Assembly: GCA_965370895.1 (NCBI GenBank)
Contig: CBDUWJ010000001.1
Location: forward strand, 1-33,593
Length of the DNA: 33,593 nucleotides
Direction of reading: 5' to 3'
DNA from: an uncultured Anaerolineae bacterium
GTDB lineage: Bacteria > Chloroflexota > Anaerolineae > JAAYZQ01
The notes under the pieces: generated by a model
Seen by the model: the letters and a program-made list of their open reading frames with translations, nothing else
Database searches by the model: none
Told to the model about the DNA's origin: nothing
Translations under genes and position numbers: made by a program
Shown here: positions 17,155 through 23,601 of the stretch, piece after piece
Position numbering within the stretch: position 1 is the first letter of the stretch
How the letters are laid out: every line of letters starts with the position of its first letter

Positions 17155-18612
17155 TCATTTGTCCAACGGTGCCAGGTCCCGGTATGCCTTGCGGGGATAA
17201 AACTGGGGGTAGTTGGGCACGGCGATGGACCACCAGTACTGCTCATCGTCCTCCGTCCAATCTACGTTGGGCATATAGATCAGGCTCATGGCGCCGATCC
17301 ATGGCTGCCAGTGCGCTTTGGCGTACTGGTAAGCCCGCACAAAGTAGTCCGCCTGCTGCTCCTCGGTGACTGCGTGCCAGGCATAGGGCGAGTCGGGTCG
17401 TGGGTCCATGGTCCAGCCGAACTCCAGCACCACCACCTGCTTGTCCGCGTCGCCGTTGTCCACCATGATCTGGTGCAGATCCTCGACGTGTCGGAAGCAA
17501 TAGATACGACACGGCGCCCCTGGGCAGTTGGGATCACCCTTGTTGTAGAACTCGGGGTCGTTGGCGACCTCGCCAGGGTCTTTCTCTGGAGGAGCCTTGT
17601 AGCCAGCGCCGTGGACGCCCAGCGCGTCAAAGTAAGGGCGAGCTCCGTCGCCATACATCCGCTGGAGGTATTCGGTATCAGGCATGGCCACGTTGTCCCA
17701 GCGGGTGGTCGGGGCCAGTCCGGCGCTGATGACGATGGCATGTGGGTCTGCCCACTTGATCGCCTGGTGACACGCTTTGAGCAGATCAACGTACCCGGCG
17801 GGATCCGGAGGTTTACCTCCCCATTCACGCTTCAGATTTGGCTCGTTCCAGACTTGATAGGCCGCAATCCGCCCCTTGTAGCGAGACGCAACGGCGTAGC
17901 AAAAGTCAGCGAAATCCTGGTGGTTCCGCGGCGGGCTCATGACAATGTCCTCGGCATTGGGGTAGGTCAGACCACTGGCCCACGCCGGCTCGCTGTCCAG
18001 CCGGGCTATCAGGTGTAGGCCCCCCACACTCTCTACCTGGTCCACGATCCGGTCGGTGACGCTCCAGTCGAACTGACTCTTGCCCATCCCTTCGATCTCG
18101 CGCCAGGGAAATCCCTGCTTGACCCAATTGAACTCAGCATCGCGGATCAACTCCAGGTCACGCTGGGCCACTTCGGCTCGCCACCAGAGGAATGCTTGCA
18201 TGCCATAGTCCGGTGACTGCATCGGCACCGGACCGCTGGGAGCTGCGCTGACCGTGGCCGTGACTTCCGGCGGTGATGTTGTGGGCGCTACCTCGGTCGG
18301 TACTGCGGACGCCGCGGGCGATTCGGCCGTGGGTGAGTAGCTTGGTGCCAGGGTCGCCGTGGGCGTCGTCATGCTGTTCTCGGTAGGCTCTGGCGTGGGA
18401 GTGGTCAATGGAGTGGGGGTGTAGGTAGAAACCAGCGCAGTCGTTGGGGTAGTGGCCGTCACGTCAGCATCAGAGGCTCCGCATGACACCAGGCTTGCCA
18501 CGACAAAAACTGCCGCGATGACGAGCGCTATCCCCGGCACAGGTACAGACAAGGCCAGACCTCTACTGCGCTCCTGTGTATCGGCTGTGGTCTGTTGGTC
18601 TGATTGATTCAT
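17155..18612 (-). CDS. clan GH-A glycoside hydrolase-like protein, probable lipoprotein, with PT-rich linker
   Basis: QVWNEPN and VLEFGW motifs. Paralog of the ORF at 6391-7776. Signal region ends in LVSCG, which fits a lipobox. ATG 18612 with a GGGGAG SD is preferred over the track's TTG at 18639. Confidence 0.7.
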   Translation of the reverse strand: MNQSDQQTTADTQERSRGLALSVPVPGIALVIAAVFVVASLVSCGASDADVTATTPTTALVSTYTPTPLTTPTPEPTENSMTTPTATLAPSYSPTAESPAASAVPTEVAPTTSPPEVTATVSAAPSGPVPMQSPDYGMQAFLWWRAEVAQRDLELIRDAEFNWVKQGFPWREIEGMGKSQFDWSVTDRIVDQVESVGGLHLIARLDSEPAWASGLTYPNAEDIVMSPPRNHQDFADFCYAVASRYKGRIAAYQVWNEPNLKREWGGKPPDPAGYVDLLKACHQAIKWADPHAIVISAGLAPTTRWDNVAMPDTEYLQRMYGDGARPYFDALGVHGAGYKAPPEKDPGEVANDPEFYNKGDPNCPGAPCRIYCFRHVEDLHQIMVDNGDADKQVVVLEFGWTMDPRPDSPYAWHAVTEEQQADYFVRAYQYAKAHWQPWIGAMSLIYMPNVDWTEDDEQYWWSIAVPNYPQFYPRKAYRDLAPLDK

Positions 18613-18818
18613 CGCGCTCCCCAATATTCCCCAGTTCAAGAGATAGGATCCTGGACCAGTAGGTTGCCGGAGGCCCGGAGACCGCCCCAGCGTTTCTCCG
18701 AAGCTACCGCGACTGATGGACCGCTCGCCAGAAGCTGGCTACAGGTTCCATTATAGCTAAGAAGCTGGACCAGGTCAAAAAAGTAAGGCTCTGACATCCG
18801 CCACAGCAATACCCAGAT

Positions 18819-18847
18819 TTGACACTCATGACGCAGCGTGTTATAAT
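18819..18847 (+). promoter_or_regulatory. sigma70 consensus promoter of phasin gene 1
   Basis: TTGACA (18819-18824) - 17 nt - TATAAT (18842-18847). Confidence 0.7.
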
Positions 18848-18872
18848 CTGAACATGATGCAGTGCGTCATGA
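18826..18872. promoter_or_regulatory. candidate operator: three copies of CATGAYGCA (two direct, one inverted) around the -10 element
   Basis: tcatgacgca (18826-18835) is the exact reverse complement of tgcgtcatga (18863-18872). catgatgcag (18853-18862) plus tgcgtcatg forms a near-perfect 19-bp palindrome just downstream of the -10 element. Confidence 0.45.
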
Positions 18873-18919
18873 CAGGGGCAAGCAGTGCCCAACCCAGCTA
18901 GAGGAACGGAGGTGTCGCG

Positions 18920-19318
18920 ATGGCAGAGGTGGAGGTAGTGGTGCAAGAGGCAGAGGAAGGCGCCGAGCGCCAGCCGGTGCAGGAAGAGCCTTGCAAGATG
19001 CAAATGGCATGCATAGGCGCGGTGGCTATGGCTCAGGATGCGGTGGTAGCCTGTGTTGGGCGGTTCGTTGAGCGAGGCGAAGGCCTCGAACGGCAAGGCA
19101 AGAGCTTTGTGCGTGACCGGATGAATCGGCGCAAGCACCAGGTCCGAAAGCTGGTCCGAAAGGGCGAGAAGGACGTTGAGGCTGCCGAAGTTGAACTGGA
19201 GGGAGAGATCGAGGGGCTTTTGCACCGCATGAACGTGCCGACCAAGAGCGACATTGATGCCTTGAGCGCCCAGGTTACTGCATTGACCGCAAAAGTGGAC
19301 GAACTGCGAGAGGCGTAG
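18920..19318 (+). CDS. phasin / PHA granule-associated protein family (paralog 1)
   Basis: 132 aa with an acidic N-terminus and heptad-like helices. The C-terminal MNVPTKSDIDALSAQVTALTAKVDEL is typical of the PHA granule-associated (PhaF N-terminal/phasin) family. GGAGG SD. Confidence 0.7.
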   Translation: MAEVEVVVQEAEEGAERQPVQEEPCKMQMACIGAVAMAQDAVVACVGRFVERGEGLERQGKSFVRDRMNRRKHQVRKLVRKGEKDVEAAEVELEGEIEGLLHRMNVPTKSDIDALSAQVTALTAKVDELREA

Positions 19319-19336
19319 CCAAGACGCGCAAGCGGC

Positions 19337-19364
19337 TTGTACGAAATGTAAGCAGGAACATAAT
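19337..19364 (+). promoter_or_regulatory. possible weaker internal promoter for phasin gene 2
   Basis: TTGTAC - 16 nt - CATAAT, followed by an AGGAGG SD at 19368-19373. Confidence 0.3.
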
Positions 19365-19380
19365 CCTAGGAGGTGTTACA

Positions 19381-19800
19381 ATGGCCAAGAAGGTTGAAGA
19401 GACCGTGGTCGAGGTGGAAGAGCAGGTAGAAGAAGTCACGATAGAGGTAGTCGGAGAGGACCCGACTGAGGAACTGGAGCAGAGTTCTCTTCTGGGCATG
19501 GCGCACAAGGTATTGCTGGCTGCCTTTGGCGCAGCGGCCCTGACCAAGGAAGAGATGGAGAACTTTGTCAACAAGCTCGTCGATCGGGGCGAGATTGCCG
19601 AGAAGGATGGCAAAAAGATGATGCGCGACGTGATGGCCAAGCGCAAGAAAGAAGCCAAAAAGGCCGAAGCAGAGTTGGACAAGCGCACCGAGGACCTCTT
19701 GGGGCGCATGAATGTGCCGACCACGAGCGACATCGACGCCCTCAGCGCCAAGATCACTGAGCTGAGCAAGAAGGTGGACGAACTGAAAGAGGCATCGTAG
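19381..19800 (+). CDS. phasin / PHA granule-associated protein family (paralog 2)
   Basis: 139 aa with the same architecture as paralog 1. C-terminal MNVPTTSDIDALSAKITELSKKVDEL. AGGAGG SD. Confidence 0.7.
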   Translation: MAKKVEETVVEVEEQVEEVTIEVVGEDPTEELEQSSLLGMAHKVLLAAFGAAALTKEEMENFVNKLVDRGEIAEKDGKKMMRDVMAKRKKEAKKAEAELDKRTEDLLGRMNVPTTSDIDALSAKITELSKKVDELKEAS

Positions 19801-19818
19801 GTCCGCCGGATCCACACA

Positions 19819-19860
19819 GGGGGGAGAGGGGACAAGCGTCCCAACTCCCCCTTTGTCTTT
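19819..19860 (+). terminator. rho-independent terminator after phasin gene 2
   Basis: GGGGGGAGAGGGGAC-aagc-GTCCCAACTCCCCC, followed by TTTGTCTTT. Confidence 0.6.
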
Positions 19861-19887
19861 GACAGGTCACCCTGCGCAGGGTATAAT
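19859..19887 (+). promoter_or_regulatory. sigma70 consensus promoter of phaR with a 12-bp perfect palindrome in the spacer
   Basis: TTGACA (19859-19864) - 17 nt - TATAAT (19882-19887). The spacer contains CCCTGCGCAGGG (19870-19881). Confidence 0.7.
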
Positions 19888-19922
19888 CTCCGGGCGACGC
19901 ACAGGTTCGAAGGAGCCAGATC

Positions 19923-20477
19923 ATGCCGCTCATCAAGCGCTATCCCAACCGCAAATTGTACGACACCGAGGCCAAGCGGTACATCACCCTGGACGGGATC
20001 GCCACGCTCATCCGCCAAGGGCAGGAGGTCACCGTCGTAGACTATACCACTGGCGAGGACCTGACGGCCCTGACCCTGACGCAGGTCATCTCTGAGCAAG
20101 AGAGAAAGCGGAGCGGCTTCCTTCCTCAGACGGTGCTAGCGGGCCTGATTCAGGCCGGCGGTGACACCATGGCCACGCTGCAGCGCAGTCTTGCCTCCCC
20201 TCTCAACCTGGCGCGGCAGGTGGACGAGGAGATCGAAGAGCGGGTCCAGGCCCTGATCAGCCGGGGGGAACTGGCAGCAGAGGACGGACGCCGGCTGCGC
20301 GACAAGCTCCTGGCCAGGAGCGACCAGGAGCCCGAGGAGTCGTGGCCCAGTGACGAGGACATGGAGGAGGCCCTTGCCCAGCGCGATGTCCCCACCCGCG
20401 AGGACTATCAACAGATCCTGAAGCAGTTGGAAGTGTTGTCGTCCAAGCTGGACAGCGTATCTGGGATTCCAGAGTAG
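19923..20477 (+). CDS. phaR: polyhydroxyalkanoate synthesis regulator PhaR (PHB/PHA accumulation regulator DNA-binding domain)
   Basis: The N-terminus MPLIKRYPNRKLYDTEAKRYITLDGIATLIRQGQEVTVVDYTTGEDLTALTLTQVI matches the PHB_acc_N signature (IKKYPNRRLYDT...). AGGAG SD. Confidence 0.8.
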   Translation: MPLIKRYPNRKLYDTEAKRYITLDGIATLIRQGQEVTVVDYTTGEDLTALTLTQVISEQERKRSGFLPQTVLAGLIQAGGDTMATLQRSLASPLNLARQVDEEIEERVQALISRGELAAEDGRRLRDKLLARSDQEPEESWPSDEDMEEALAQRDVPTREDYQQILKQLEVLSSKLDSVSGIPE

Positions 20478-20495
20478 GTCTGGCCTGCAGACCCA

Positions 20496-20527
20496 GGAGC
20501 GGCGGATAGCATCGCCGCTCCTTTGCG
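20496..20527. terminator. hairpin terminator between convergent phaR and the receiver stub
   Basis: GGAGCGGCG-gatagcat-CGCCGCTCC, followed by TTTGCG. Confidence 0.55.
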
Positions 20528-20535
20528 ATCCTGGG

Positions 20536-20769
20536 TCAATTGATCTCCCGGATGGCGGTCAGACCAGCGTTGACCGGCATCTGGAGGTCCATGATGCTGA
20601 CGTCGGCCTGTGTCTCCTGTGCCAGCCGCATCGCTTCATCGCCGTTGGTCACCTGGGCCACCAACTCCATGTCCGTTTCCAATGCCAGCACGACCGCCAA
20701 TCCCTCACGCACGATGGGGTGGTCGTCGGCGATCAGGACACGTATCGGGCCAACCCTGTCCGGTGTCAT
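20536..20769 (-). pseudogene. truncated NarL/LuxR-type response regulator (first ~77 aa of the receiver domain only)
   Basis: IRVLIADDHPIVREGL...ADVSIMDLQMP..GLTAIREIN, then a stop. The acidic pocket and phospho-acceptor Asp are present. The conserved Thr/Ser, the Lys and the whole HTH output domain are absent. The start overlaps the HepT stop (ATGA). Confidence 0.7.
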
Positions 20770-21116
20770 TCCTGTCCCTCATAGTCCGCCAGGATCTGCT
20801 GAATCTGAGGTTTGACTGTCGGGATCCGTTGCGTGACGGTATCCCACACGATTCTCAGATTGATGTCCCCATAGCCATGAATCAGGCGGTCCCGCATGCC
20901 CGCCATTTCCTTCCACGGCACTTGGGGATACCCGTCACGGAATGCAGCCGGTAGGAGTTTGGTAGCCTCGCCAATGATTTCGAGTGCCCTGACGACGGCA
21001 AAGTTGATGCCGAAATCGGTCTCGAACTGGTCAAAGGCCACACCCTCCACCAGGATCTCGGCCTTGTCCATGGCATCCAGAATATCTTCAACGTAGTCCA
21101 GGAATTCATGGCTCAT
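20766..21116 (-). CDS. hepT: HepT-like (DUF86) RNase toxin of a type VII toxin-antitoxin pair
   Basis: 116 aa with the Rx4HxY motif RDRLIHGY. The start overlaps the stop of the upstream MNT gene by 4 nt. Confidence 0.8.
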   Translation of the reverse strand: MSHEFLDYVEDILDAMDKAEILVEGVAFDQFETDFGINFAVVRALEIIGEATKLLPAAFRDGYPQVPWKEMAGMRDRLIHGYGDINLRIVWDTVTQRIPTVKPQIQQILADYEGQE

Positions 21117-21412
21117 ACGAGCACCACCTCACTCATGATCCGCTTGCCGATTCTTTTCTTCAGATCGGCCTTGATCGCGACATCAGCTTTGACCCCCAGC
21201 AGATCGCTCAGGTGATACTCGAGGTTCACTAAATCAAAGAGATCGATACGCGGTGGCTCTTCCAGTGCAATCAGAACATCAATGTCACTGTCGGGGTGTT
21301 GTTCGCCCCGCACGTAGGAGCCGAATACGCCAATCTCGGCCACTCCATACTCACCGGCCAGATGGCTTTTCTGCGCTCGCAGAATCTGCTTGATTTCTTC
21401 TAGCGTCTTCAT
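21113..21412 (-). CDS. mntA: MNT-like minimal nucleotidyltransferase antitoxin
   Basis: 99 aa. GVFGSYVRGEQHPDSDIDVLI matches the GSx10DxD nucleotidyltransferase motif. Confidence 0.8.
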   Translation of the reverse strand: MKTLEEIKQILRAQKSHLAGEYGVAEIGVFGSYVRGEQHPDSDIDVLIALEEPPRIDLFDLVNLEYHLSDLLGVKADVAIKADLKKRIGKRIMSEVVLV

Positions 21413-21472
21413 GGTGTACTGCCCTTTCGCGCAAGCTAGAGAGTGCGCGGCAAGAACCCGGCTTGCGCACTA

Positions 21473-22384
21473 TTATACACCCTCATCCGCTCTCAAGGCA
21501 ACTGCGACCTCGGCGATCGTGCCCTGCCCGGGCGCAAGGGCGATCGTCATCCGGCCGCCGATTGCCTCCGTTCTCTCTTGTATAGTCGTCAAGCCCATCC
21601 CAGCCGAATCAGAGTCGAGATCGAAGCCGATGCCGTTGTCCTCCACGGAGAGCAGGACCTCATTTGCTTCGATCTCAATGCGAACGATGACCTCTGTGGC
21701 AGCGGCGTGGCGGAGCGCATTGTTGAGGGCCTCCTGGGCGATGTGGAAAAGTCGTTCCTCTACCTCGTCGGGCAGATCCTCGACGTCGCCCTGCGTAGGC
21801 TGGCGCGCCTCGACGTTTGCCCGCTGCTCCACATCTTCCAGCCGCTGTCGCAGTGCTGCCACCAGCCCTACTTCCTCCATGATGGGCGACCGGAGATGGT
21901 GGAGCAGTAGTCGCATCTCCTGGAGGGCCTACTGGCCGACCCAAGGCAGCCGCCGGAAGGACTTGGCAGGGTCCTCCAGGCGTCCCTGCGCCGCCATTGT
22001 ACCCAAGCCCTTGCTGAGCAGCGTCAGGCTCGTGAGGGACCAGGTGACCGAGGCGTGCAGTTCGCGGGCCAGCCGCTGCCGCTCGGCATCGACCGCCGCC
22101 GCTCCGGCCTGCTCCGAGAACCGGGCGTTTTCGAGAGCCGCAGCAACGTCACCGGCGATCGTCTCTGTCAGCGCGATCTCATCCGGCGTAAAGGTCCGGT
22201 TTTGCTGGTTGGCTCCCACGGTCAGCAGGCCAATGACCGCGCCCCGTGCTGTCAGCGGGACGAGCAGGATAGTGTGAAAGCCCAGAGCGCTTACGGAGGC
22301 GCGCACCGTATCTGCCGGGGGGGGACGCGCATCGCGCAGGCCGACGGACCGGCCTTCGTCAAGCACCCGGCGGGTGATGGGCAA
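21473..22384 (-). pseudogene. GAF-HisKA_3-HATPase histidine kinase, 5'-truncated and interrupted by an in-frame TAG (21929-21931)
   Basis: Two track ORFs (21929-22384 and 21473-21916) share one frame. The upstream ORF has a partial GAF domain and the H-box ERQRLARELHASV. The downstream ORF continues ALQEMRLLLHHLRSP... with N box EALNNALRHA, G1 DNGIGF and G2 GMGLTT. No sensor or TM region lies upstream. Confidence 0.7.
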
Positions 22385-22420
22385 CTGATCCAGCGGGAAG
22401 GTCTGGCCTGTCCCAGCGGC

Positions 22421-22798
22421 AAGTGCCAGATCTACATCGCGGGCAGCGACGGCCGGACGCTGCGACCGCTTCTCTCCGGCCAGGCCAACGATGATTCGCC
22501 CGCCTGGTCCCCCGATGGCCAGCGGATCGCCTTTGCCTCCGACCGCGCCAATCCCGGCAGCCGGACCCAGCCTGGCACAGCCAGCATCTATGTGTACGAT
22601 CTGGCGACCCGTACGCTTGAACAGTTAACAAAGGGCGATCAGGATGCTCAGTATCCTGCCTGGAGACCGCGATCATCGCGCGGTGCGCCACGAGTGCTGA
22701 GGAAGTTAGCTGCTGGACTCTTGCCCCTTTCGCTCGGCCTGGACCGTGGAGTGCTTTGCTCAGTAGAACACCCAGGTCCGATTGTGTGGTCAATATGA
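22421..22798 (+). pseudogene. fragment of a TolB-like PD40 beta-propeller repeat protein
   Basis: QIYIAGSDGRTLRPLLSGQANDDSPAWSPDGQRIAFASDR...IYVYDLATRTLEQLT...QYPAW equals two PD40 repeats. There is no N-terminus or signal peptide. The repeat pattern is lost after about 22669. Confidence 0.6.
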
Positions 22799-23266
22799 TG
22801 GCGCGTTGGACTGGAGAATATCAATCGCGCCAAAGAGCGCTCCGTACCCATGATTTCAAGGGGGGAGACGGCGTTCGCTTACGTCACTGGCCTGGTTCAG
22901 AGTACATCATGTTCCCGACCAGGACGCATAGTTTTTCCCGGTGAATGTACGAAATAACTGTACCCAATCTTGGGGATTGTGTTGAGCTTGGTGATACTCG
23001 TCGGCTATGGCAGCCCCGAGCCAACCTCGAGCTCGAGCCGAGGCAGCGGAAAGAGATCTTGGAACAGTGTGTGATGGACCGTATCGCGCCACGTGTGTTT
23101 CTGCAGATGGGCAGGGAGTTCACCACCAGGGGCACGAACGACGCCAGTTTCCCTCTTCTGTGTCCCTCGTGCCCCCAGGTAATCTTGGTTCCAGTCTGGG
23201 CGACCTGGCATCGCCAGTGGCCCCGTACGGGCAGGCCCACCGGGCCGCCTACCGGGCCGCCTTCTC

Positions 23267-23590
23267 TCAGTCATTGGATTCTGAGAGCACCTCCTCGGAG
23301 ATGAGAAACAGCGGATCATCGATGCGCTCCAGCGCTTTGGCCAGCCCGACTTGATAGTCCGGGTCAAAGAAGGATCTCTCAAAGGTCTCCATATCGGGAA
23401 AGTAGGCCTCTGTCATGTAGCGATAGGGCGCCTCGTCCCTCTTCCAGGCGCTCTCGATGACATAGAAATCGCCCTTGATGACGCCCGGGATGGACATGTT
23501 ACTCTCTTGATGGGTTGTGGTACGCCACTCGATGAACTCCTCGTGATCGGCGCCGGGCGGCAGGTTGTAAAGCACAGTCAACTTGATCAT
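23267..23590 (-). CDS. EthD family (dimeric alpha/beta-barrel) protein
   Basis: 107 aa. MIKLTVLYNLPPGADHEEFIEWRTTTH is typical of the EthD / TIGR02118-like family. The gene starts 11 nt downstream of hyuB. Confidence 0.65.
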   Translation of the reverse strand: MIKLTVLYNLPPGADHEEFIEWRTTTHQESNMSIPGVIKGDFYVIESAWKRDEAPYRYMTEAYFPDMETFERSFFDPDYQVGLAKALERIDDPLFLISEEVLSESND

Positions 23591-23601
23591 GGCGTCCTTT
23601 T

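Noticed and set aside
18704-19225. 173-aa minus-strand ORF
   Set aside because: It is antisense to the phasin-1 gene and its promoter and has no motifs.
19275-20099. 274-aa minus-strand ORF
   Set aside because: It is antisense to the phasin-2 and phaR genes, and its Ser-rich low complexity mirrors the Glu/Lys-rich sense strand.
21916-21931. Frameshift as the cause of the split kinase
   Set aside because: Both ORFs share the same codon phase. The interruption is one in-frame TAG, not a frameshift.
21390-22277. 295-aa plus-strand ORF
   Set aside because: It is a Ser/Arg-rich antisense shadow of the histidine kinase.
22945-23304. 119-aa plus-strand ORF in the gap region
   Set aside because: It has no recognisable motifs and no SD. 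It overlaps the 3' end of ethD, and its C-terminus is generated by the 12-nt tandem duplication. It is treated as non-coding pending a search.
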